From contig CDPCPM010000005.1 in the NCBI GenBank assembly GCA_976551045.1, positions 9,052,001-9,116,000 on the forward strand: 64,000 nucleotides of DNA. The letters run 5' to 3'. The stretch's first letter is position 1. Each line of letters begins with the position of its first letter. This DNA is from Glaucostegus cemiculus. Taxonomy: Eukaryota. Below, in pieces: positions 12,062 to 23,113 of the stretch. Position numbers and translations under genes: made by a program. The notes under the pieces were generated by a model. The model did no database searches. It had not been told where the DNA came from and worked only from the letters and a program-made list of their open reading frames with translations.

Positions 12062-12208
12062 GAATTTGCTGGAGAAGATAGTGCTGACTTGTTCTTAGAA
12101 GAACGAGAGGCTGCTTTACGCCAGGCCCAAGAAGAAAAACATAAACTTCAGATGTCTGTTCCTGGAATTCTTAATCCACATGAAATCCCTGAGGAAATGT
12201 ATGATTGA
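12062..12208 (+). CDS. XPO1: Exportin-1 terminal coding exon (~exon 25)
   Basis: ctgcag|GAA TTT GCT...TAT GAT TGA; EFAGEDSADLFLEEREAALRQAQEEKHKLQMSVPGILNPHEIPEEMYD*, the CRM1 C-terminal helix and acidic tail. Confidence 0.97.
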   Translation, partial: EFAGEDSADLFLEEREAALRQAQEEKHKLQMSVPGILNPHEIPEEMYD

Positions 12209-13175
12209 GAAATAAGGAGTAAACCAAGTTGTGCTGTTTCTTCTGTTTAGCCACTATTAGTGTAGCTTTGCAGAAGATAATGCACAAGTGTCTTGACCAA
12301 AAATGATGCCAATATATGTATATTAAATCCTTTGTCACCTGATAGCTCTTTTTACTTAGTATGCAATTTGTATGGAAGTTTTTTCTTGTGTAATACCTTT
12401 CCATTGTTATAAATTCAAAGTTTTGTCATCTTTGTTTAGATTTGCATGCAGTTGTATGAATCAAATCACTTTTTAAAGATCAGTTGTGACCCATTTTATG
12501 GTTTGGGAGGGGAGGAAAAAGAGCTGAAAAGTAGGCTTTGCTTGTGCCTCTGCTTGCAAAGTGTACAAAAGAGATAGGAATTATTTTCTGTAACTGATCA
12601 CCAATCTCTTAAATAGGGTGTGTGTTACTTTGTTGTAGCATAGCCTTTATGCAACCTAGGAATGAAAGTGATCTGTGGGGTAGGTTTGGGGGGTGGGGTG
12701 GGAATTATTCAAAGTGTAGAGTCAGGCATGTCCCAGTGCTGCTTTTCAATTGTATCTATGGGTAGTTGGAAGAAGTGGTAATGCTTGACTGAATTAATGC
12801 AATTCTAGCCAGATAGGTTTGCGGCAAGATCATGTGCACATCATCCCGGTGTAAAGCATCTTGAATGACTTGGGAACACAGTACACTTGGTTATTTTTTA
12901 TGAATTTTTTTGTCTATGTATGTGCTGTCGCTTTGTCGACAACAGCTTTTTGTTTTCCTCAATGAGGAGTGTTGCTCATTTGTTGAGCCTTCATTAATTC
13001 TAAGTGAACGTGGTTAAATATTTATCGAGTTGGCATAGGCTGCATCTTTATAAACAGCTCATGAAAATACTGATGGCTTTTGAGATGACTTGTACTAATT
13101 TACATTGTTTACCATGCTGTAGTGCTTCAAGAACACTACTTAAGAGCAAAATAAATTTGGTTTACATTTAAATCT
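12209..13175 (+). other. XPO1: XPO1 3' UTR (~0.97 kb)
   Basis: U-rich stretch with no recognisable repeat between the stop codon and the poly(A) signal. Confidence 0.75.
13150..13155 (+). terminator. Polyadenylation signal of XPO1
   Basis: AATAAA with an upstream TGTA (13091) and a downstream U/GU-rich tract (~13178-13210). Confidence 0.8.
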
Positions 13176-14227
13176 GCCTTTTTGGCCTTGATTCTTTTGT
13201 TCATGTTTTCTTAAGTTTGAATTTTTCAAAATTGAATGTACATACAGGTGACTTGATAACTTTTGGTGAAAGGTCATGTGATTCAAGTTTTACTAATGAA
13301 CATTTGGGTACATTTGTCACTGTTTCGTGCACCTTTTCCTCTGAAATTGAAACTTGAATTTATTGGATTTTTTAACTGCTCTGATATTTCACAATGCATT
13401 CTAAAATGAATTGAAGAGTTAACATCTATGCTATCCTGGTAATTATGCTTCACACTAGCCTTCTCTCAAACTGCCACTTGTTATTGTCTTAACTTTCTAT
13501 TCCATTTTTCTTCATTAATGAGCTCCTGCTTAAATGCAAATAAGCTGTTCAATTCCATTACTATGTTAATAACGATATTTTAAGTACCTCCTGAATTTCT
13601 GAAAGGATTTATTTATTATCCACACTTTTAATTACCCCTACCACAAATCTGTCACCTGCCATAATTCTTCATAACTGGATAAACTTTATTGAAATATTTT
13701 CAACAACCTGAGCCTGTGCAATCTAATAGTTGTACCTTTTCTGTTCTTGGAAAACCACCTGGGCTTTGTGCAATGTTTCTGTAATCACTATTCTTAACAA
13801 TTCTCTTAAATGGGCAATACTTTTAAATGGTCTTATGAAGTTTTTATAAAGGTTTAATATGACTTTGCATTTTGGTTCTGCTCCTCTGGAAATAAACTGT
13901 AGGGTTTTATTGCCATTTGCTTCACTACCCATTTAAATTTGCTGCTGAGAACTTGGAGGGAGTGTGGGGAGATTTCAAACATCAAGATGGGGGGAGGGGG
14001 AGAAACATTGTTGGAGCTACAGAACAGATTTGTGTTGTTTTTAATTTTCCAAGATTCTCCAGATTTAGAAGGTTCCATTTCAATATGAAAATTGCAAATG
14101 CAACTCCTTTGTTCAAAATGGGGTTGGGGGACAGTGAGGGAAATTTGGAAAAGAGGAAATTTCTGTTGGAAAATACTAGAAACTACTAATACTGTTTCCT
14201 GCACTGAGACTACAATGCATTTCCCAA

Positions 14228-14690
14228 TACAAGCTTGAAGATCTGCATCTTCTGGTCATGTTGCAGTCTTCTGGACTCGATATGGAATTCTACGACTTCA
14301 GGTAACTCTTTATAGTATCGGAACTGGCCATTTCTATTGTAAGTCATCTATCTGTGATATTGGCTCAGTTTTTTTTTTCTCCATTAGCATACCTGACCTG
14401 ATGGACAATCCAACAGCCCTGAATTTAGGGACATTTTGGTCCATTATTTGTGTTATCACTGCCTTATTAACTTCCCTCATTAACTGATCAATCTCTTCCC
14501 ACTCAGCAACCCTGGTCTCACTCGTTCTTGGATAATCTCTTGTCCTATTCATCTCCCTGCCCCACCTTTATCTCCAATTTAAAACTATTTTTCTCTCCCA
14601 GCTCTGACAAGGGATCTTCAACGTGAAAGATTAACTCTTTCCCTTTCCACAGATGCTGCCTGAATATTTACATTTTCTGTTTTCATGACT
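14228..14690 (+). mobile_element. Penelope-like element 3' fragment (GIY-YIG C-terminus plus terminal repeat)
   Basis: Relic reading KLEDLH...MLQSSGLDMEFYDFR* resembles the PLE endonuclease end; decayed hammerhead motif at ~14599-14637 and CCACAGATGCTGCCTGA terminus. Confidence 0.65.
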
Positions 14691-14759
14691 AAAAAGTTAT
14701 AGCTTGGCAATTAAACAGATCAAGATACTTGAGGGAAGTTAATGATTTTGTGAAAGAAA

Positions 14760-15820
14760 AATGATGGTTGGCCAATTAATTGAAGTTTTCTTTTTGAAAC
14801 TGCAATGTTTGCTGTAGATAAAAAAGAACCAGTGATGTATTAAACTTTCAGAAAGCATTTGATAGGATCTGGCATCAATGATTAGAGTAGAAAATAAAAG
14901 CTCATGGTCTGGTGTGGACCACTTTTGGTGTGGATTGGATAACTTTCAGGGAATAAATTTGGCACAATGGGTTTTTTTAAGTTAGGAAGATGGAATGAGT
15001 GGTATGTCATTAGGATTAGTGCTGAGGCCTTAGCCGCCTTACAATGTGTATGAATGACCTGAATGAAGACATTGAAGGTATGTTGCTAAATTTGCTGATG
15101 ATGCAAAGATGGGTAGAAAAGTTATGAAGAGGATTTGTTGGCTATGAAGGGATTTGGATAAGGTGGTCAAAAATGGAGTATATTGTGGGGAAAATGCAAT
15201 TAGTCCATTTTGGCAGTATAAACAGAGGTTGTAAAGGAATCTTCAAAAGGTTAGTATTAAGGAAGGCTGATGTTATTGATAGTTAAATAGAACACAAAAT
15301 AGGAAAGTTGTGCTTCAATTATTTAGGGCATTAGTATGGCTGCATCTGGTGTACAATGTACAATATTGGTCTTGTTAAAGAATAATGTTTATCCAACAGA
15401 AGCAGTTTAGAGGTTTATGAAACTATTACTTGCAATTGAGTTGACTACCTTGCACAGAAATGTTGGTCATACTCGGCTGGAGAGGGGACTTGATTGAAAC
15501 ACACAAGATCCTGAGGTCCTGATATGGTGATATGAAGATAATCCCTTTTGTGAGATAAACTGGAACTAAAGTTCAATGTTTCAAAAAATGCCTATTTAAG
15601 CTGGATGAGGCAAATTTTCCCCCTGGGATGTTTTGAAACTTTGCAACTGTTCCTACAAGGACAGTGGAAGCAGTGTCTGGCATTTAAGGCAGAGATGGGT
15701 AGAGTTTTGTTGAAGTAGTGAAAGGTTACCATGCAGAATTGTGGTTACAATTGTATCAGATATGAATCAAAGTACATTAAATGGGGCAGCAGGCTTGAGC
15801 AGCCTGCAAATATGTATGTG
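14760..15820 (+). mobile_element. Degraded CR1 LINE (RT to 3' end)
   Basis: DFQKAFD-like (ACTTTCAGAAAGCATTTGATAGG) and KFADDAK (AAATTTGCTGATGATGCAAAG) relics. Confidence 0.75.
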
Positions 15821-15904
15821 AAACTACACCTTGCTGGTATTTTTTTGCAAATACTTGTTAGGAATCAAAGGTTGTGTCAAAGATGAACCATGTTTGGCAA
15901 TGAC

Positions 15905-16056
15905 AAAAACACAAAATGCTGGTAGCACACTCTCTCTCAAAAGAGAAACAATTAACTTGAAATGTTAGTTCTGTTTCTCTTTCCACAGATGCTGCCTCAC
16001 CTGCTTGAGTGTTTCCATTATTTTCTGTGAATATTTTAGATTTCTAGCATCTGCAT
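15905..16056. mobile_element. Short inverted Penelope-like terminal fragment
   Basis: AAAACACAAAATGCTGG (reverse arm) followed by the forward arm TTCCACAGATGCTGCCTCACCTGC...GATTTCTAGCATCTGCA. Confidence 0.6.
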
Positions 16057-17699
16057 TGAGTTATAGATTCATGTTTGGCTGTGATTTGAATTTTTGTTGG
16101 TTACATGGTATATTTATTTTTTATTTGAAAGCTGCTGAAGATGTACATTAATGTAGTATATAAGCAGTGATTATTGTTCATTGCTTTCCTGAATGTTTTG
16201 AGTTAATAGAACAATCAGTGAGTCTGTACATCTGTTCCTATGCCATATTGCCTCCTAATGCTATCCAGTAACATGTAATCACTTAAGATTTAATGTAGTT
16301 AAATGTTACACACCACTTAAGTATTCATTCCATCCTGATTTAGGAGTAGGAAAGAATGGTGGAACTAGTTAAAATCACTGATCTTCTCCCCTCCCTGCAC
16401 CTACCCCCACCCTTCCCAAGTAGAACATCTTGCTCCTTGCTCTGTTTTAATACAGGGCAGGGCATTACATCACTTTTATCCCACAATATTGTGCTGATAA
16501 GAGTGATCTGTATTTAGGGCCATGGTCCAACTACCAAACATAGCCTTCAATTAATCTGTTTCATAGAGAAAATGTGGAAGACAAGATGGGTGAGTTATTT
16601 TTCCACTAGCCAGTTAGGATTCAGGATAAAATGTATGGGTTTCCTTTTCATGAGCACCTGCTAAAGTTAAATTTCAAGCTTATAGGTTGGATATGTCTAT
16701 CTTACCTGTGAATTTTGTTTACTTCAATACAAAGGGAAAGCTTTTTAAAATTTTCTTATTATTTTGGAAGAAACATCTATCCTGGAAGGAGATCCACTTC
16801 TCCAGGTTAGGTTAGTTTCTATTATGGCTGAATGGATGAATAAAAAGTGACTGATCAGTTGTTTAACTTAAGTTCAAAGTGATGCACTCTTGCATTTTAC
16901 AAACAACTGAATAGGAAATGAGCCAATGTGTGCCAGCAGTGACCACCATATTAATGAGAAGCATTCCTGGCCCTGTTAATTATGTGTTCTTGCATAGGCT
17001 TTAGTGGTCATTTAAAGAATTGCTTGGGCATTTTAAATCCAATAAACTGGTAATGCAAGCTTTGACTACTTTTAATACTGAACTAATTTCAAGTTAATGA
17101 CACTGCTATCTAAAACAAAAATGTAGGTTCTGTTAAATTTAAGAAGTTACTTGGATGCATGCAAAAATCAGTTAAAGTTAAATGTATGTTTCATTATATT
17201 AATGCCAACTAAAGTTGAATTTCTAAATTATGATAAATCTATGTATCCTGACTTCTGTGTATTTTGCATTTATGGTAGGGGATTGTATATTACAAAGGAC
17301 AAGCTTTTCATCTAAAATAAATATTCCTAGAAGAAATATCTGCTCAAACAATCTGAAATTGTTTCCATGTTTTTGGTGAAATATTAGTCAATGGCACTTG
17401 TGATATTAAATACTTATAAAGAAACGTTGTTGTTCATCCATTTCAACCTTTTCTCTTGCTAAGCTCTTGCTTGTAGTTTTGAATTACCTCCTGGCAGTTA
17501 TGTTGTGGAATTTCAAAGTGATTACTTGTAGCTTCCTCCAACCTGAGACTAAATCCAGCATTTAAGATATGGAAAAATTGCTCCATAATGGTAAATTAAG
17601 CATTAACATTTGTGAAATTATTCATGTCTTCCATTTATTGGTCTGAGTAATTGTGAAGACTTAATTTTAAGTACTGCACTTCATAGTCAACCTATGCAA

Positions 17700-17835
17700 A
17701 ACGTCAAGTTCTGATGAATGGTAATGAACCTGAAACTTTAAAACATTTTCTTTCCATAGATGCTGCCTGACATGAATATTTCCATCAATTTCTATCTTCA
17801 CTTTGAATTTCCAACATCTGCAGATAGTTGTTTTT
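17700..17835 (+). mobile_element. Penelope-like terminal repeat with hammerhead core
   Basis: AGTT-CTGATGA-ATGGT AATGA ACCT-GAAAC-TTT-AAAAC, then TCCATAGATGCTGCCTGAC...TTTCCAACATCTGCAG. Confidence 0.7.
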
Positions 17836-18689
17836 GTATGATACCAAGGCAACTAAATGTGATTATAATCAAGAAAAAAATGCATATCCTCTTGTAAGGA
17901 CGCAAAAAAATAAGCCAACATTTTATTTTTAAAAAGTAAACAAATTTTAAATCGCTTCATTGTACTTGTTAGAAACTCCTCCCTGTATTGCACTCTATTT
18001 GTGGAAATACTCCGGGCAAAAAAAGGAATAATATGATAATTAGAAGAAACTCGGGAATCTTAGCAAAAGATATTAAATATGTATAATCAAAAAGGTGCAG
18101 CAATTAACAAGACGAATAGAAACATTGGACGATATAGCTAAAGTAATAAGTCACGGAACCTGTGATAAGACTATGCTGGTTTTAATATGTTTATTATAAT
18201 AATAAGTATACCAAAACCACCAACAACAATATATAAACATGTTGGATTATAAGCACCAGAAGCAGGGAAGAGCTGATGACCTAATACCAACAATCTAAAT
18301 AACGAGGAAAGACCTAGAAGTTTTTATTTTCAGTTTGGAATGTAAATGTACTAACCGTAACCTTGAAGTACGCAAAATAATTGATGTATTGAGAAACTTG
18401 GAACTTACCTTACTACTATAAATTAAATTAGATTTAGGACTGATTAATTAGATTTAGGATTAATTAAATTTAAGATTGTTAGAAGCTCTTCGCACGAAGT
18501 AGCATCTGGAATGGACTGCTCGATGTAATGAAGGCAAAACTATATTTACTTAAAAACAATTAGATAAGGAATGGGGAGAGATAATGTGTTGTTTCTAGAA
18601 GACTGAATTAAAGTGGGCCAAATGATGTTCTCCTTCGTTAAGTATCAGGTGACCTTCAGTAATATGCTTCATACCACAAAAATTAAATG

Positions 18690-19850
18690 CTGCGTGTGGG
18701 TTGCTATTATCGTTTCACTGGCGCGGAACAGAAACAGGCATAGGCGTGGATTTTTTTTTCCAATGACAACTTCCACACGAAAATCGAAAATATCATTAAT
18801 TAAAACCGATCCGATGGAGGGGAGGGAGGGAGGGAGAAGTCGCTGTAAAGTATCACATCACCCATGGAATTTTCATGCATTCCGAATTTTTGACGACGGA
18901 CAACTAGCAATGTTGCAAGTCCTACTTCAGTTGTTTTTAAATAAAGAAATCTTGTCATTTTATCGATCTGTCTCCTAAAAGTAAAATATTTTAAATCTGG
19001 TAGCTTTGTCCAAAAAAAATAAGCCACCTATTTCAAGTGCTGCTGGATGCCAAGAGGAAGACGAAGAACCGCCGACAGCTAGAGGGGAAGAAGCGAGCTT
19101 CACGGTCTCTCCCCTCGCTCCGCACTGATCCACTGCCTCACTGAAACATTCAGCCTGATCAGCGAAATCGTGCTTTACACGGTAGTGGGACGGCACAACT
19201 AACAACACGCCGAGTGCTTTAATCGGATTGCAACCTGCAAACCCACCCACCCCACCAAGAACCGAGCATCGGACACGCTCTCTCGACCAGCCCATTGTCA
19301 GACGCGACCGGGGCGAGGCGTCCGTCACCGTGGTAACGCAGGGTTGATGTAGTAACAGCACGCGGCCGCGCGCGCCACCTGGCTGTCTCGCGGGCGGCGT
19401 GCGGGGCGCGGAGGAGGAGAAGGAGCCGAACGCGGACGGAAACAGCCGAAGCCGGCCCGACGAATTCTCCAAATCAAAATGGCGCGGAGGCTCGAGGTAG
19501 CCGTTCTGGTGCTGATCGGTTAATTTGCATTTAGATTTTTTTTCCCCTCTTACCCTCCCTTCCCCCTCCCTCAGCGCCCTTTCAAAACAACGAACGGTCG
19601 CACAACAAACAATTGAACTTAATAAGAGGCCACAGCGCAAATAAATGGTTAAATTAGTAAAAGATGTGCGAAAACTGCGCAGAGCTGTTGGACGTGTTAA
19701 ATGCAAGTAAGTAGTAAAATCATCCCCTGTTGCTGCACGGGCCTGTATATATGTGTGTGGAAAATAATAATCTGCAGAGGTGCATAGCCATTGGTCAAGG
19801 CCTGTGCTTGTTTAGCCTTCTCGCAGGCCTCGATATTATCTTAAAAGTAC
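18690..19850 (+). promoter_or_regulatory. CpG-island promoter / 5' region of USP34
   Basis: The only large CpG-dense, GC-rich block in the window (core ~19060-19700). Contains an RFX X-box-like GTCACCGTGGTAAC (19324-19337), GC boxes, YY1-like CAAAATGGCG (19475-19484) and the octamer ATTTGCAT (19523-19530); directly precedes the USP34 ATG. TSS not determinable. Confidence 0.85.
19664..19706 (+). CDS. USP34: Ubiquitin-specific peptidase 34, coding part of exon 1 (43 nt)
   Basis: ATG TGC GAA AAC TGC GCA GAG CTG TTG GAC GTG TTA AAT GCA A|gtaagt = MCENCAELLDVLNA, matching the human start MCENCADLVEVLNE; phase 1 fits exon 2. Not in the ORF track. Confidence 0.95.
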
Positions 19851-22699
19851 TCAGGTCATTCAAGGTATTTTGTATTTAAATTGCTTCTTCCTACCCTTAT
19901 CGACTGTCTATATTTGAGATTTGCAAGTTGTAGTTATTAGACGTTTATTTTAAGTTTGATACACTAAATTTGTTTTAACCATACTGTATCTATAGCTTGG
20001 AGCTTTTGTGGCCTAATAAGTTAGGCTGATTGAGAATTGTCTAGGTTTTTTTTTGAAACGTAACGCATTGTGTTAACATTTAAGGTTTGGTTGAAACAGT
20101 GTTCAATAATTTAATGTTTAAACAATTGTTACCTTTTTTTTGTAAACGTTTCACGTAAAATGTGTGTTCCTTTTTAATCGCAGTAATTTAAACTGTTTTG
20201 TGGGAAAGTGGGAATATTTTAGCATGAACCTGCTTTGATTTTCACTTTGAGTATTAGTTAAAACTGATGAGGATTTATGCTAGGTTAATCGCTCCTTTAA
20301 AATGAAACTGTCTTATTGGTATCACATTTTTATTTTGTGTGTAAAATGGCTTTAATAGGCTTGTTGATTTAGAGTGCGATTGATTTTGGAATGATCTTTA
20401 TAAACAAACATACCTCGATAGCCTGAAATATCCTTTGCCTGTACATTTCATTCCTAAATATTCCCTGACATTGAAAACAATACTTTTGCATTTTGAAAGC
20501 AATATGAACATTTAAATGGCTGTAGGGAATAAATGTATTTGGTATGTGCCCATGATTAACTTTGGGTATCCCAAAGATCACAGTGAAAATCTTTGTATAC
20601 TTGTAGGATATTGTCTTAATTAGCAGAAAGTTCCCAGTATTTAATTATTATTTGTTTATCCTTATGATTTAAACATATGCATGGAAGAGTTCCTTGCAAA
20701 TTGTGAATTCAAAATTAAAAACTCCAGTTACTTTTTGAGGAAAGATTCTTTGCAGAAATAACTGACAATGATTGTAAGACTGAAATGTATTCACTTATAT
20801 TGGGAATGACTATTCTTTGAGAAGATTTTACCTGAAGTTTTATTTTAAACTATGCAAAAGTTTTGCTTGCTGTATTGTCTTGCTGTGCCCATGATCTTTA
20901 GTTACAGTTATTGTCTATCTCAAGAAATTTTTAGCTCTTGTGAAGAGCTAATTGACATGATTCACACTTGTATAAGTGTGTAGATTTAAGTGATGAATTG
21001 GAAACTCCAGTTTTTCCAAGTCAGGTCTTCATTTTTCTTTTGTATCTGTTGAACAGATTAATAGCCATTTCCTTTGGAGCTACGAACTTTAATATGTGGC
21101 ATTCCAAAAGTGATGAGTGTTGCTCAAATTCTGCCCTATTATTTGTAAAAAAAATTGTATGTTAAATTAAAGTAGATTTTGGAGCAATGTCATGGAAATA
21201 TTTAATACAATAATATGGAATAGATGGCAGGAGAAACTTTTTTTGAGTGCTATGACATTCTGGAATTTATCTCCAGTTTAATTGTTTAAGGAAGAAACTA
21301 CCAATCTTCCAAGACTGAAAATTCAGATGATGGGAAATGATAGGGGAGGGGTGGGGGGGAAGAAAGGTTAATGATGTGGTTTGAACAATGCATTTGTAGA
21401 GAATAAATGCCAATCTGGACTGATTAGATCAAGTGCTGTGCTTCCATGCTGTTTGAGGTTTGTGCCTCAGGAATCGGACATATTCTGTCTTTATCAATGA
21501 GTATATTTTAAATTGTTCATAGTGTTTTTCTGTAACCCTGTGCTTTGATTTAGATTGTGCATGTGCCTGCTACAGTGTTCTGTTTGAAATATCAAATATG
21601 CTAAAGATGTTGTTTAAATGAATAAAGAGAGTTTAACAGAAAGACTTTTTATATTGTGAGTCCTTTGCTGATGGTGACTGACATCATGACTAGCAGCAGT
21701 AATATTTTTCTGACCAACCAAAGCTGAATAGTTGTAATGTTAAAAGCAATCACTTGCTGTTGTGCTGACTTTCTTTTAGCTTCAGCTGAGTCATCCTATT
21801 AATGGTTGATATTGAATGCAGCCTTTTGGGATTTGAAGAACTAGGCCTCGTTTTGGGTTTGCCTCTATTTATATTCATTCACTTTTTCACAAGTGATACC
21901 AGTAGATATTAAAGCAGCAATAAAACTCTTGTTATCTTCTGTTCTCTAGAAGTGCCTAATATTTTGAAGGGGATTAATAGTTGGGATTTGCATACAAGAT
22001 ATTCAACTTGTTTACATATTTAAATACTTCAGAAACACATTTGCAAGATTTATTCTTTATAAGTTCTAACTTTATGAAATTAGGCTACATTCTATTGCAG
22101 TGTTTTTTGTCTTGGAGAATATAGCTGTTCTCTCAAAAGTACCTTTTTTTGTTTTACTTCTTAAGAATCCAGTCCAAAAGGCAAAGGGATTATAATTGGA
22201 ATCTAGTATCTTCTCTGTAAAACAATTTTTTTTTAGATATATCAGTTCCACAGAAATTCTGTCAAATAAAGAACATGTAGGTAGCAACCTGGATTGTGAA
22301 ACATCATGATTTGTATTGTATGGTTTGTATGTAGCAAGTCTATGTGGAATACAGCTTTCTTTGATGGGTTTGGTATCAAAGTAATTAAGATCTGGAAAAA
22401 GTAAAAGACTGAGTGGAGATAAGGAGGTAAACATCCAACTCCCAGAATACTATATAATTTGAATTCCAAGTCCTTAAATGAGTAAATCGGGACACTCATT
22501 TTACTGGCTTTTCTATTGCTTGTCGGATGTTGGTATTTAGTTGGCATCTGCACCAATACCACACAGGTATTGAAATATCTATTCTTTATTGGTTTTGGTT
22601 AATGGAAGTTCCAGTAGTTTTGTTCCAAGATTAATTCAAACAATGTAGTGCAAATGGCTATTTGCAATTATTTAAGCATGATGGGATCTTGTAGTTTGT

Positions 22700-23025
22700 G
22701 TATTGGAATAATAACATTAGGATCTGGATCAAGCTCCAGAGACATGACTCCTATGGAATTTTAAAAAAACTATAACCAGCAATGGTGACAAATAATCCAT
22801 CAGATTGTCAGTTTAAAAAAAATCTTTGTTCTTTGATAAAGAAATATCCCTCCTTACTGTATTTGAAACCTGTCCTCTATCTACCTGGTTGATACTTCAC
22901 AGCCCTTTGAAATCACTGAACAAGTCACAAAACTGGACGGCGCACCTTGTCTTCAAGGGGAATTAGGAATGGGGAATTAAATGCTTGACTTGTTAATGAT
23001 GCTTGCATCCCATGAGAGATAAAAA
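22700..23025 (+). mobile_element. Old SINE-like interspersed repeat
   Basis: Ends TTCAAGGGGAATTAGGAATGGG...AAATGCT...CATCCCATGAGAGATAAAAA; similar decayed pieces near 26560-26780, 32470-32600 and 50480-50680. Family not confidently named. Confidence 0.45.
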
Positions 23026-23113
23026 GGATTGCTGTGTTGAAGTGATTGTATAAGCATGATTTGTAGGATTCTTTAACAAAGTGAAATTTACAAGAAGACG
23101 GGCAATGATCATA

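Noticed and set aside
18975-19706. 243-aa antisense ORF across the USP34 promoter
   Set aside because: Non-ATG start, lies in a GC-rich CpG island where stops are rare, low-complexity Arg/Ser/Gly/Pro content and no recognisable domain. A divergent non-coding transcript remains possible but is unsupported.
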